From: Pristiophorus japonicus
Lineage: Eukaryota
Direction: 5' to 3'
DNA length: 64,000 bases
Assembly: GCF_044704955.1 (NCBI RefSeq)
Contig: NC_091995.1
Span: 5,208,001 to 5,272,000, forward strand
Within the stretch, counting starts at the first letter, position 1. Each line of letters begins with the position of its first letter. Of the stretch, positions 47,138 through 61,586 are shown in pieces. The notes beneath the pieces were generated by a model. That model made no database searches. It was not told the DNA's origin and saw only the letters and a program-made list of their open reading frames with translations. Position numbers and translations under genes: made by a program.

Positions 47138-48104
47138 GATTGAGTTTCAGCACTTCCTGGTTCAATCCGCTTTCAGTTTCGATGTTGTTGCCTTGAATTC
47201 AGTTCAGCGATTTCCTGATGAATTCACTGCAATATTCGGGGAACTATTATTATACACTTGTGTATGTCCCGTCGACTTTTACACAGGGAGACAAAACCTA
47301 GAGCAGTTTGAAGGACTAACAGGGTTAGAGAGCCGAGGGGAATAATTGAGCCCTGTCCGGGAGGGTAACGGTCCCTGGGGTGTTGGCAGTGGGAGGAGGG
47401 AGAGAGAGGGAGGGAGGAGGCGGGGATGGGTGGGGATCCAGATTCCAGTGCACTTTGCTCCAGACCGAACTCACTGCCGACCACAAACCCTCTGGTGACA
47501 CACGGTGTGAGATCGAGATTGATAAACTGAATTGTGTTAATGATTGCAGCCGCTCATCCGAAAGCACAAAGTGCCCTGAATGTCAGGAAGTGATATCCGG
47601 TGACAGGTACACAGAAGACCCCAGGACGTCCCAAAGCGCTTTAAAGTGCTCGAAGTACTTTTGAAGAAATGTCGGCACTGTTGTATTTGAACACTGCAAG
47701 TGCTGCCCTCCCAGTCCCTGAGACACTGTCTGATCGCAAGTCTTTCAGTGTTACACGGTGCACCGCTGCCACCTGCTGGCAGGATATCAGTGCTGCAGGA
47801 AAGATTTCCCCATTAAAATGGCCCGAGAAGTGGCGACTGTCTCTGAAGGTTCACAGGCACGATGGGCCGAATGGCCTCCTTCTGTGCTGTATCACACTCT
47901 GATTCTTATGTATTCTTATACTTGGATCTATCAAGTGTATTTCCAATTCGCTTTTGACAATTACTGTTAAATCTGCTTCCTCAACCCTGTCAGTCAGTGC
48001 ATTCCAGATCATCACAAGCCATTGATAATAAAATCCCTACTCACTTCTCCAAGATTTGTGAAAGTCTTTTACTGTCCTCACTGTTTGTGTTTTATTTATT
48101 TCAG

Positions 48105-50328
48105 GAGGAAGCTTGTCGGAAGAGGAAGTAGGACATGCACTTTACAGAATCTCTGCACAGTTTGGTGAAGTGTTTATGGTCAATTTATAACATTAACTGT
48201 GTAATATTTACAAGCTTAGTGAGGACTATCCCGTGCTGTCAGTAGCAGATGGCGCCCTGTCTATCGGAAAGTTCAACGGCCCTTTACAGTACACAACGTG
48301 GAGAGACATGATAGACGCCATTAACCCCGGTAAATCTCCTATATTCCTTTTCATGATCATTAAATCCAGATGAGAGGGGCCTAAACCGGCTCCCAGACCC
48401 CGGATTAAATGATCACTGATGTCCGTGTCTAGTCTGGAAGTCAGGAGTCTTTGCACTGGATAAGGGAGGGCTTGGGGTGATCTTACTGAAGTATTCAAGA
48501 TCCTAAACCGCAGAGAGAAGATAAACATCCAGAGGTTTAACACAGTCACAGAGTCTACAACAAAGTAGCGACAGTCTCAAACTCAGAGAATGACAGGAAA
48601 ATATATCCGGGGGGGAGGAGGTAGGATGGTGGGGGTTGTGGGGCGAAGGGGCAAAGCCGAGGAGCAGCCAGCAGCGGGCAGGACAATTCATGCACCTCCC
48701 GGCCACAGAGAAGCTGTTACACAGAGAATAAATAGAAAGAACGTGTTTTTATATCCGACCTTCACGACCTCAGGACGTCCCAAAGCTCTTTACAGACAAT
48801 GAAGAGTTTTTAAAGTGTAGTCACTGTTGTAATGTAGGAAACGCCACAACCAGTTTATGCACAGCAAGCTCCCACAAGCAGCAACGTGATAATGACCAGA
48901 TAACCTGTTTTCATGATGTTGGTTGATGGATAAATATTGTCCAGGACACCGGAGGGAACTAACTCCTTGCATCATTCCCTGTGAGGGTTCCAGCGGTCCC
49001 TTTAAGGACCACAGGTTGGGCCATTCTACAGACTGTTCCACTGGGTGGGACTTGCACAGCTCACGCACCGTCCAATGGAAGATCAAGATTGCACTGGGGT
49101 CCCATGTACATTCTGGGATCCGGTTTGTATAAACTAATGAGGCTTCCCCCATGTTTAGCGCGGGAGCGCTGGATTCCTATTTTGCGGATGCGGCATAATT
49201 TCCCGGCGTGCCTTGGTGGGAACCAGGTGGGAAGCACTGCGGGTGGTTTTTGTCTCGTTACTGCTCCGTTTACGGTGTAAATCCGGGCGATTGTGAGACG
49301 TAAATCACTCCCAAATACTTTTTGCGGAGTGTATGTGAAGTAATACATTGTGGGAAGTGCTTTGAGGCATTTGTCAGGAACATTAGAAATGTAAGTTTCT
49401 CCTTCAGATGTAATTGCAGTGTGTTTATTTCCATCGCATTCCTTATACTGGACTCTGTCTTACCTGTGAAATACTTTATTTACAACACAACTTTCCTTGT
49501 GGCCTTTGGAAACAGCTGCTTAAACCCCAGTCTCCCCCCCACCATCTCTCTCTGCCCACCCCCACCCTGCTGTCTCCAGTGGTTTCCGGGTCTTTATCTC
49601 TGGGCACTGACTGCGCTGAGTCGGGCCCGAAATCGACCCCCGGGACGTAAAGCCTGGAGCGGCAGCAGATTCCAGGATCACAACCCAGAGCCCGAGTGGG
49701 CTCTTTAAACAGGAAAGTGTTTGAATAAATCACAGCAAGAAACTAAATCACTGACTGTGTTACTTTAACTTTCCCCCAGCTCCAGCCTCTCTGACTCTGG
49801 ATCCGAACACAGCCCATCCCCGGCTCATCCTGTCTGAGGACCGGACCCGTGTGAGACTCGGAGACAGACTACAGCCGCTCCCTGACACCCCGGAGAGGTT
49901 TGATCGCTGGTCCTGTGTCCTGGGATCGGAGGGATACACATCAGGGAGACACTACTGGGAGGTGGAGGTGGGGGACAAGACTGAGTGGGGTCTGGGAGTG
50001 ACCCGAGAGTCTGCCGGGAGGAGAGGGATATTCACCCCCGAGCCCAGAGACCGTATACTGGATTGTGGGGCTGTATCGCGGAAGTGACTATTTTGCCGGC
50101 ACCTCCCCCTCACAGACCCCCCTCACCCCGAGTGTGGAGCCCCGGAAGATCGGGGTGTACCTGGACTATGAGGGCGGACAGGTGTCATTTTACAATGCGG
50201 ACAACATGTCCCATCTCCACACTTTCACCCAGACTTTCACTGAGAGAATCTTTCCCTTCTTCAATCCGGGACAGAATGACGGGAAAAACTCCGCCCCGCT
50301 GACAATCTGTGGGGTTAAAGGTCACTAA
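48105..50328 (+). pseudogene. TRIM-B2: orphan 3' cassette with frameshifted B30.2 exon
   Basis: Copy of B1. Exon 6 49780-50328 has +1 nt at ~50039 (TTCACCCCCGAG vs TTCACCCTGAG), which splits the ORF. Confidence 0.88.
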
Positions 50329-50891
50329 CAGGCCCATCCCATAATTTCACCCTGTCTCCTGCAAACTGATGGGCATCTGTCACAGCGGGGGGCGGGGAGA
50401 GAGAGAGCAGCGGGGAGGGGGGAGAAGAAACAAATGGATGGTGAATTGTGGAGGGGAACTCACTGGGTGGAATGAGCTGTGAACTGCAGGAACCCGGTGA
50501 CCTTCCTGCCTGTAATGTTGCTCCACAGGCAGAAGGTGGCGCTACATGGCGGTGTTTGAGATCAATCAGCAACACCTCTGCTGCCAAGCCTGTTATTAAA
50601 CTGCACAATAGAAGCGGCGTTTATTTGTTTTAAGCGGTTTGGGGAATAATTACGTCCCAGAATCATGGACTAAACGTTTTTTTTTAATTTGCACCTTGCT
50701 CTGGATCCTTATTTGACCCATCCCTGGAATTTAGAAGTTACAGACGTGATTTGATCGAAGTTTTCAAGAGATTAAGGGGAACTGAGAGCAAGTATTTCCG
50801 CTGCTTGGGGAGTCTAGCACTCGGGACATGATCTAAAAATTATAGCCAGGCCTTTCAGGAGTGAAGTTAGAAAATACTTCGACACACAAAG

Positions 50892-53800
50892 TGTCATGCA
50901 TTCAACCAGCATTGTAACCCATGTATAAACTGACCAAAGTTGTACACCGTGAGAACACTGACCACTAGGTGGGAGACACTCCTAACCTGGACCTTCAGGT
51001 ATAAAAGGGGAAGCTCCACCCACCTTCATCACTTGAGTGCTAAGGAATAAAGGACAGGTCACAGACTGAGCTTCTCTCAAGCATGGACCTCGTGTGTATT
51101 TATACTGTGTAGTAAGGACGTATCAATGGCGACAAGAAACTGGGATTTAAACCGCGCGAGCATGGCCACTAGCAGAACAGACGAGAGGTACTGTGTTAAG
51201 GAATGGTTGGGACTGAGATTCAACATTGTTAAAGCAGCACACAGTTCTCCAGGCAGACAAGGACAGTCAGGCATGCCCCAACATGTAGTTGAACCCAGAG
51301 GGGGAGTTCGACAGAGACAATGGCAAGCTGAACAGCGATTTACGCCATTGCAAGTGACAATGGGGCCATCAACACCTGTTAATGGTGCAATAACAGGGGC
51401 AGTCAGGGACGATCGACTGGCAAGGGACCTTTTGTTTCAAACCGCAACTCATGCTGGAGGCGTGGAGGCACACACTCAGCCGGATTTTGCAGAGATGAGC
51501 AAAATACCTGCAGAAATTGCAGAAATGGACACTGGGGGAAATCGCTGGAAGCTGAAGTTCAGCGAGTTCATGTGGAGCACGTATACAGTTCATACACCAG
51601 GACGCCACCGATAATGATGAAAGTGCTCCTCAATTGCATCCCAGTATCAATGGAGTTAGACATGGGTGCCAGTCAGTCCCTGATGGGTATCAGACAGTTC
51701 GAAAAGTTGTGGGCATCCAAGGCCAGGAGGCCAAAATTATCGCCGATTGACGCACAGCTACGGACTTACACAAAGCAGATCATTCCGGTGCTAGGCAGCG
51801 CCACGATAGTCGTGACCCACAAAGATTTGGAGAACAGGTTGCCACTCTGGATTGTCCCAGGGGACGGTCCCGCACTACTGGGGAGGAGTTGGCTTGCTGT
51901 CATGAACTGGAAATGGGGCGATGTCAATGCAATTTCCTCTGTGGAGTGAGTATCATGCTCACAGGTCCTGGACAAATTTGACTCATTATTTCAACCCAGC
52001 ATTGGCACTTTCATGGGGGCCAAGGTAGTGATTTACATAAACCCGGACGCCAGACCAGTACACCACAAGGCCAGAGCGGTGCCGTACGTGATGCGGGAAA
52101 AGATAGAAGGTGAATTGGACCGCCTGCTGAGGGAAGGCATCATCTCGCCAGTCGAATTCAGTGATTGGGCGAGCCCGATTGTGCCGGTGCTCAAGGCGGA
52201 TGGGTCGGTCAGGATATGTGGCGATTACAAGGCCACCATCAATCGGGTGTCAGTCCAAGACCAGTACCCGCTACCGAGAGTGGAGGACCTCTTTGCAACG
52301 CTAACCGGTGGCAAACTTTTTTCAAAATTGGACCTGACCTCAGCTTACATGACCCAGGAGCTGGCGAGTGAGTCGAAGAAGCTGACCACCATCATGACAC
52401 ACAAGGGGTTGTTTGAGTACAACAGATGTCCGTTCGGGATTCACTCGGCCGCCGCGATCTTCCAACGAAATATGGAAAGCCTCCTCAAGTTGATTCCAGG
52501 GATGGTGGTTTTTCAGGACCACATCCTCATCACGGGTTACGATACTGAAGAACACCTCTACAACCTGGAGGAGGTGCTACGCAGACTGGACCAGGTAGGG
52601 CTGCGACTGAAAAAGGCGAAGTGTGTCTTCCTAGCTCCAGAGGTACAATTCCTGGGGATGAGGGTAGCAGCAGACGGGATCAGCCCTCCTGCGTCCAAGA
52701 CGGAAGCGATCCAGAGAGCACCCAGACCCCGTAACACGACGGAGCTGCGTTCATTCCTAGGGCTCCTGAACTATTTTGGTAACTTTCTTCCCAAATTGAG
52801 CACCCTGCTAGAGCCGCTACAGGTGCTCCTACGCAGAGGTCACGAATGGGTCTGGGGGGAGAGCCAGGAAAGGGCTTTTAATAGAGCACGCAATTTGTTA
52901 TGTTCCAACAATCTGTTAACGCTATATGACCCATGTAAGAAACTTGTGTTAATGTGCGATGCGTCATCCTATGGTGTCGGGTATGTGTTGCAGCATGTCA
53001 ATGCCAAGGGTCAGTTACAGCCAGTAGCATATGCCTCCAGAAGTCTGTCCCAGGCAGAAAGGGGCTACGGGATGGTAGAAAAGGAGGTGCTCGCATGTGT
53101 ACATGCGGTAAAGAAAATGCACCAGTAACTGTTTGGCAGGAAATTTGAGTTGGAGACAGATCACAAACCCCGAACATCCCTTTTGGCCGACAACAAGGCC
53201 ATAAATGCAAACGCATCGGCCCGCATACAGAGGTGGGCACTTACGTTAGCCGCCTATGACTACACAATTCAGCACAGACCGGGCACCGAAAACTGCGCCG
53301 ATGCACTCAGCAGGCTCCCACTAGCCACCACTAAGGGGGCTACCAAGCATGCTGCTGAGATGGTCATGGCTGTTGAAGCTTTCGGAAGCGAAGGCTCACC
53401 CGTGACAGCCCGTCAGATTGAAGTCTGGATAAATAGAGACCCGCTATTGTCTCTGGTCAAGAAATGTGTCCTGAATGGGGACTGGACAGCCACGTACAGG
53501 GCATGCCCTGAGAAATTTAAACCATTTCACAGGCGCAAGGATGAACTCTCGATTCAGGCCGATTGCCTACTGTGGAGAAACCGCGTAGTCATGCCCCAGA
53601 TGGGCAGAGAGGTGTTCATCAGAGAACTCCACAATGAGCATCCGGGCATTGTCACGATGAAGGCAATTGCCAGGTCACACGTTTGGTGGCCAGGGAAAGA
53701 CGCAGATCTGGAACTTTGTGTTTGTGGGTGCAATACATGTGCCCAGCTGGGCAATGCACCCAGGGAAGCCCCCCTTAGCCCCTGGCCATGGCCCGCCAAG

Positions 53801-55001
53801 CCTTGGTCACGCATCCATGTGGACTACGCAGGTCCTTTCATGGGGAAAATGTTTTTGGTTGTAGTAGACGCCTACTCCAAATGGATCGAGTATGACATTT
53901 TAAATTCAAGCACATCTTCTGCCATGGTAGAAAGTCTACGGGCAATGTTCGCCGCCTACGGTCTACCGGACATCTTGGTCAGCGACAATGGCCCATGCTT
54001 CACAAGCACTGAATTCCAGGACTTCATGGCAGGCAATGGAATTAACCATGTTAGAACGGCACCATTCAAGCCGGCCTCAAACAGCCAGGCAGAACGAGCA
54101 GTGCAGATAATCAAACAGGGGATGCTCAGAATCCAAGGGGGTTCCCTACAAAGGTGCTTATCACGCCTCCTGTTGGCCTATAGATCCTGACCACACTCGC
54201 TCACAGCGGTTCCACCCGCAGAGCTACTAATGAAAAGGACGCTCAAAACCCGGTTATCCCTTATACACCCCATCATGAAAGAAATTGTCAAGAGCAGGCG
54301 CCAGTCACAATATCACTACCATGACAGGAATGCGAGGGCGCGATGTATTGATGTAAATGATCCTGTTTTTGTCCTCAACTACGCTGCAGGGCCCAAATGG
54401 CTTGCAGGCACTGTGATTGCCAAAGAGAGAAATAGGATTCTGGTAGTTAAGCTTACCAATGGACAAATCTGCTGCAAACATGTGGATCAAACAAAAAGGA
54501 GGTTCAGCAACCCCATAGAAGAAGCAGAGGAAGAACACGATGTAGAGTTCACTCCACCACAGATGACCGAACACAGGAACCAAAGGGACGAGAGCCGAGT
54601 CACTGTGGGCAGTCCGGACAGGCCTGGCACCGCAAACAGCAGACACTCAGGCCAGCGCCAACAACCGGAGCCCCAACTCAGGCGCTCTACAAGGGAGCGT
54701 AAACTACCAGAGAGACTCAACCTGTGATCCCAATAAGACTTTGCGGAGGAGGTGATATCATGTATTCAACCAGCATTGTAACCCATGTATAAACTGACCT
54801 AAGTTGTACACTGTGAGAACATTGAACACTAGGTGGTGAACTTGTGGGAGACACTCCTAACCTAGACCTTCAGATATAAAAGGGGAAGCTCCACCCACTT
54901 CCTGCACTTGAGTGCTAAGGAATAAAGGACAGATCACAGACTGACATTCTCTCAAGTATGGGCCTCGTGTGCATTTATACTGTATAGCAAGGGACTTATC
55001 A
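50892..55001 (+). mobile_element. Gypsy element, unit 2 copy
   Basis: Same junctions as unit 1. pol broken by TAA at 53126-53128. Confidence 0.95.
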
Positions 55002-55660
55002 AGGAAGAACTGAAGCTGTTTTGTGAAACTGACAAGAAACTGATCTGTGTGATCTGTAGAGATGCGCGGGAACACAGAGAGCATCGCGTCATGCCCATTA
55101 AAGAAGCTGTTGTATTTTACATGGTAAAAGGGAACAGATTGGATCACCTGATTACTTTATCACATTTTCATGGTCTAACAATTTAATTCTATGATTTTCT
55201 CTCCCAATCCCAGGAGCGGCTGAAATCTTCCTTAGATTCTCTCACAGAGAAGAAATCGGCGGCTCTAGAAACGGAATTAAAACAGAAACAGCAGATTTCC
55301 AGAGTTAGGGGAAGGTCTCCCTGAGCTGATTTTCTGGGATCTCGGTTAGTTTTGTTCCTTCTATCGTGGTACATTAATTATGTTTCACATTTCATTTGGT
55401 AGGAACAGTCGAGCAGTCTGCAGACCCGCATCACATCCCAGTTCACTAAAATGCACCAGATTCTCACTGAGAAAGAGCAGCGTTTAATCCGAGATCTCAG
55501 AGAACAAGAGGGGAAGAACATAAGAATATAAGAGCATAAGATTGTAGAAAGAATGGAGAAAAACCTTTGGGAAATTCAAGAGAATTCAAATTCTATTCAG
55601 GAGGAGCTCTCAAAGTTGCAGAAACAGATGGAACAAAAAGACGGACTGATATTTCTGAAG
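55002..55660 (+). pseudogene. TRIM-C2: copy of C1
   Basis: Same lesions as C1, offset 38829. Confidence 0.92.
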
Positions 55661-58600
55661 GTGAGGATTATATTGTGGGTCAGTTCAGTGAAACTTCACA
55701 CAGTCACAAAATAACCGATGAGAATTAAAATAAATGCAACATTTGTTGAAAAATTCCAAACTGATTTAAACCGATTGTTTTGTCTATTCCGGGGCGGTTC
55801 TGCTATCGATGTGGAGATAAGCGTCTCTCACACTGTCTGCTGAATCCCAGAATGCCCAAAGCCTAACAACAAAAACGTACATTTATATAGCGCCTTTAAC
55901 TGCGTCGAAAATCCCTAGCCACTTCACAGCAGTGTTATCAACAACATTTGACACCCAGCCATATGAGGAGATATCAGCGGAGTTGACCGAAAGATTTGTC
56001 AAAGAGATAGGTTTAAAGGAGCGTGTTCAAAGGTGGACCTAGAGAAGTAGAGAGGTGGCGAAGTTTAAGGAGGGAATTTCTGAGCTTAGGGCCTCGGCAA
56101 CAGAAGGCACGGCCACCAGTGGTGGAGCGATTGAAATCGGGGACAGACAAGGAGGAGTTGGAGATTTCGGAGAGCTGTCGGTGATTACAGAGACAGGGTG
56201 GGGTGAGGCCACGGAGAGATTGGAAATCAAGGATGAGAATTTTAAAATCGAGGCATTACAGACCAGGAGCCAATGTGGATCAGTGAGCACAGGGTAATGG
56301 GTAAACGGGACTTGATGCGAGTTAGGACACCGGAAGTATAGCTTTGGATGAGCTCAAGTTCATCCTGACAGAAAACGTTACTATCTTGTGAAGATAAATG
56401 TGGGTACGGGCGGGCACAGAAATAAACTCGAAACATATCTTCAGTGGTTAGATGTGACTGCAAATATTGTTTAACATTAGAACATAAGAAATAGGAGCAG
56501 GAATAGGCCATTCGGCCCCTCGAGCCCGCTCCACCATTTAATACGATCATGGCTGATCCGATCATGGAGTCAGCTCCACTTCCCTGCCCGCTCTCCATAA
56601 CTCCTTATTCCCTTATCGGTTAAGGAGCTGTCCATTTCTGTCTTAAATTTATTCAATGACCTGGCTTCCACAGTTCTCTGAGGCAGCGAATTTCACAGAT
56701 TTACAACCCTCTGAGAGAAGAAATTCCTCCTCATCTCAGTTTTAAATGAGCGGCCCCTTATTCTAAGATTATGCCCTCTAGTTCTAGTCTCCCCCATCAG
56801 TGGAAACATCCTCTCTGCATCCACCTTGTCAAGCCCCCTCATAATCTTATACATTTCGATAAGATCACCTCTCATTCTTCTGAATACCAATGAGTAGAGG
56901 CCCAACTCCTCAACCTTTCCTCATAAGTCAACGCCCCTCGTCTCCGGAATCCTCCTAGTGAACCTTCTCTGAACTGCCTCCAAAGCAAGTATATCCTTTC
57001 TTAAAAATGGAGAGCAAAACTGCACGCAGTATTCCAGGTGTGGCCCCACCAATACTCTATAACTGTCGCAGGACTTCTGTGTTTTTAATACTCCACCCCC
57101 CTTCGCAATAAAGGCCAAGATTCCATTGGCCTTCCTCCATTAAATTTGAGGGTAGAAGATGTGAGGCAGCCCAGGATAGCATGACAATAATCAAGTCTAG
57201 CGGTAACAAAGGTATGGATGGGGGCTTCAGCAGCAGGTGGACTCAGGCTGGTGCGGGAGGAAATTTCTGCTCGTCCAATATTGGATATCATACAAACAGT
57301 GCGACAGATCAGAGGTATTGGAGGGTTCGAGGGAGGTGGTGGTGATGTAGAGGTGGGTTTCATCAGCGTACATGTGGAAACTGACCTTGTGTTTTCAGAT
57401 GATGTCACCTGGGGCAGCATTAGATAAGAAGTAGGAGGGGGCCAAGGATAGATCCTTGGGGGCACAGGAAGAGAAGCCATTGCAGGTGACACCTGGATAG
57501 AAAGGAATTGAAGCAGCCGAGGGTACTGCCACACAACTGGCCGGAGGAGGAGAGGTGTTGGAGGGGGATGATGTGAACAGGTCGCAAAGGATGTCGAGGG
57601 ATAATTTACCATGGTCGCAGTCACATAGGATGTCATTTGTGACTTTGATAAAAGGCTGTTTCAATGCTGTGGCAGGGCATGAAAGGACTCCCGGGAATGA
57701 GTTCCGTGATCATAAGAACATAAGAATTAGGAGCAGGTGTGGGCCATTCAGCCCCTCGAGCCTGCTCTGCCATTCAATGATATCATGGCTGATGTTCTGT
57801 CTCAACTCCACTTTCCTGCACGTTCCCCATATCCCTTGATTCCCTTAATATTAAAAAATCTATCGAACTCTGTCTTGAATATACTCAAATACTGAGCCTC
57901 CACAGCCCTCCTGGGTAGAGAATTCCAGAGATTCACCATTCTCTGCATGAAGAAATGCCTCCTCACCTTATTTCTAAATACCCCTTATTCTGAGAGTGTG
58001 ACCCCTGGTTCTAGGCTCCCCAGCCAGAGGAAACAATCTCCCTGCATCTACCCTGTCAAGCCGTGTAAGAATGTTGTATGTTTCAATGAGATCACCTCTT
58101 ATTCTTCTAAACTCCAGAGAATATAGGCCTAGCCTACTCAATCTCTCCTCATAGGACAATTGCACCATCCCAGGAATCAGTCTGGTGAACCTTCTCGATG
58201 GCAAGTATATTCTTCCTGAGGTAAGGAGACCAAAACTGTACACAATACTCCAGGTGCGGTATCACCAGGGCCCTATATAATTGGGGTAAGCCGGCCTTAC
58301 TGTTACACTAAAATCCTCTTGTAATAAAGGCCAACATCATATTTGCTTTCTTAATTACTTTCTGTAGCTGCATGTTAACTGGCATGCGTGTACAAGGACA
58401 CCCAGGTTGTTCTGAACACCAACACGTCCCAATCTCTCACCATTTTAAAAAGTATTCTGATTTTCTATCTTTCCTACCAAAGTGGATACATTTCTGCACA
58501 TTATGGGCCCAAGTTTCGGGTGGAGTTGCTCCAATTTTCTTGGAGCAACTAGTTTAATTTGGAGTATCTTAGGAATCGCAATTCTCGGCACTTAGTTTGC

Positions 58601-61586
58601 TCCAGTTCTAGTGAGTTAGTTTAGGTTTGTTTTAGTTCAGGTATATTTTTTCAAAAGAGGGTGTGTCCAGCTACTTAGGCCTATTTTGCAAGTTTCGTCA
58701 GCGAAAACTTACTCCAAACTAACTTAGAATGGAGTAAGTGTCCACTTTTGTAAGTTCTGAAAAACCTTTACCGAGAGCAAATAACAAATAAAAAATAGAA
58801 GTCCGACCTTTATGTGTTTCTGTCAGCCTCTCTCTGTGTCTCTGTCCGTGTCTCTCTGTGTTTCTGACAGTGAGGTGTTGGGGGGGGGGGAGGGAGGGAG
58901 TGCGAGGGGGGAGGTGGAGGGGGAGGAGGAGGGAGGGAGGGAGGGGGGAGGCTGAAGGCTGAATGGGAGGCTTCAATCTGAATGGCATTTCCTTTGACGA
59001 GCAACGAAACATCTATATAGTCTTGTTCAGTCACGGTATTCTGCATATTAAAGAACGACTTTTCGTACGAGCATATATGAAGAAAACCTTTGGCAGTAGG
59101 AAATAACTGAACCATCAGGTCCATTTTCACACTGCGCCATCTGCCAGAAATTTATCTGGGTTCAAACTAGATTATTCCAGATGTGACCCAAAAGTAACTG
59201 TTTCCATGCCAGGTTTGAAGAAATATTTATCGCAAATGCAATTTATCCAACTTCCATTTCAGGAAATCGCCTGACAAACTTCCATAAACTGAAGTCGTAC
59301 ACAAATATCTCAATTTCCTCCAATGTAAACAGGCTGAGAAGCAAGGTTTCTGACTAATAGACACCTACAGGAGCGGAACTCACTGGGAATATAGGGGTCT
59401 CACTCTATCACCTGCACTCTGCAGTATACACACCCCAGGCTCGATGACCAACGGCATTGGATTCCCCCCCACAAAAAATGTGGATCCATGAATAATCTGG
59501 GTTAAGGAAGCCAGTTTCATTGAAGTAAAAATATAGTTAACCGGTTCAGTACAGTTCCACCAATATCCAATGGGTCTCTGCATTCCACTGTTAAGCCCAA
59601 CACCTAGCCTTAAAAGTATAGGTCAGTACAAGGACACCATTTTGCAGCTTGTGTCTGCCTGCCTGCTCTTTTAGATATAATTCAAAGACAGACTGGGGGA
59701 AAAGTGCCCTGCTGAGCCATTGCTCATGCGCGCACGCTCCAACGCGCATGCGCAACGCTGCTGGCACTCAGAAGAACTCTGATCCCTAGCCCCTGCCAGC
59801 TGGGTTGAGCCGGCACGGCCCTAGCTCTGCGCCCCCACCCCCCCCACAGCTTTTGCTACGCCACGCCAAGGTTCCTGGAGTGGGGAGAATTATAAGGTTA
59901 ATTTTTAGCGCGCTTTTTAGTCTTAACAAGACGGCGCATTGCACGGAGGTGTGCCTTTTTCAACTCCACCAGTAACTTGGGCCCTTTATTCCATTTGCCA
60001 TGATCTTGACACTTAGTTTGTAATTATTTCTGTGTTCCCCAATAGTTTAATATTCTCCTGGAACTCACATTGTAATTCAGATACAGTTCCATGTTGTGAC
60101 TGTGTGGGTGTGTGTGGTACGGTGGGTGTGACAGTCACTGTCTGTGAATGGCACTGAAGTTGAGTTCCAGTATCTCACATTCATCAGCCTTTTCAAATAT
60201 TGAAATTATAGAATCCTACAGCACAGACATTGGTCCCATCTTGCCTGTGTCTGCTCCTTTAAAGACTTATCTACTTAGTCCCGCCCCCCTGCTCTACCCC
60301 ATAGACCTGTATTTTTTCCTTTACAGGTATATTTCTAGTTGCATTTTGAATGTTACTGTTGAATCAGCTTCCACCATAACAACAACAACTTCTATTTATA
60401 CAGCGCCTTTAAAGAAGTAAAATATCCCACAGAAGTGTTATGAGACAAAACAGATAAATTTGACACGAGCCACGTAGGAAGAAATTGCGGCAGATGACCA
60501 AAAGCTCGGGCAAAGAGGGAGGTTTTAAGGAGCGGGTTGAAGGAGGAAAGTGAGGTGGAGAGGCGAGAGGTTTAGGGAGGGAGTTCCAGAGCTTGGGGCC
60601 CAGGCAGCTGAAGGCACAGCCACCGATTGTGGAGCGATTATAATGAGGGATGGTCAGGAGGGCAGAATTAGAGAAGTGCAGACATCTCGGGGGGTTGTGG
60701 AGCTGGAGGAGATTACAGAGATAGTTGAATCGCTGCCCCCTTTCGGTAAGTGCGTTCCATATCATCACAACCCATTGTAAAACAAATAAATCTCCCCTCC
60801 GATTGTTTCCCAATTATGTTAACCCTTTGTCTTTTGCCAGTGGAAACAGCTTTTCCTTAGTTACTCTATCAAAAGCCTTCATGATTTTGAACACCTCAAT
60901 CAAATATCCCCTTAACCTTCTCTGCTCTAAGGAGAACAATCCCAGCTTATCTAGTCTCTCGACGGAACTGAAATCTTTCCTCCATAGTACCATTCTGGTG
61001 AATCTCTTTTGCACCCTCTCCAATTCTGGTCATCCTTCCAAAAGTGTAGAAATAATACTGCAGCTGAGGCCGAATCCGAGATTTATAAAGATTCAGAATA
61101 AGTGCCTTGTTTTGTTACTCTATAAATAAAGTTACTAAGCACAGGATCCCATATGTTTTTTGACAGTTTCATTCACTTGTCCTGTCACCTTAAAAGATTT
61201 GTGTATGTGATTCCCTAGGTGTCTTTGTTGTAACACATCCTATAAAATGGTACCATTCTGTTTATGTTGCCTCTCATCATTCTTCCTTCCAAAATGCAGC
61301 AGTTATCTGCGTTAAATCTCATCTGCCCATTCCACCAGTCTGTCTCTGTCCTCCCAATGGCTGCGACAACCTTTCTTCACAGTTTATACATTTCCAAATC
61401 TTCGGTCAGCTGCAAAAAGTGTAGCGTAACAAAATTTGCAGATGATACAAAGCGGGTTGTGTAGAGGACACAGAGAGGTTACAAAGAGATTTCGATAGGT
61501 TAAGCGAATGGGCTAAGGTTTAGCAGATGGAATACAATGTCAGAAAGTGTGAGGTCATCCACCTTGGGAAAAAACACAGTAAAAGG

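Larger units (their letters stand above)
41305..50891. repeat. Large inverted repeat of unit 2: arms 41305-44851 and 47931-50891
   Basis: Copy of the unit 1 structure. Confidence 0.95.
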
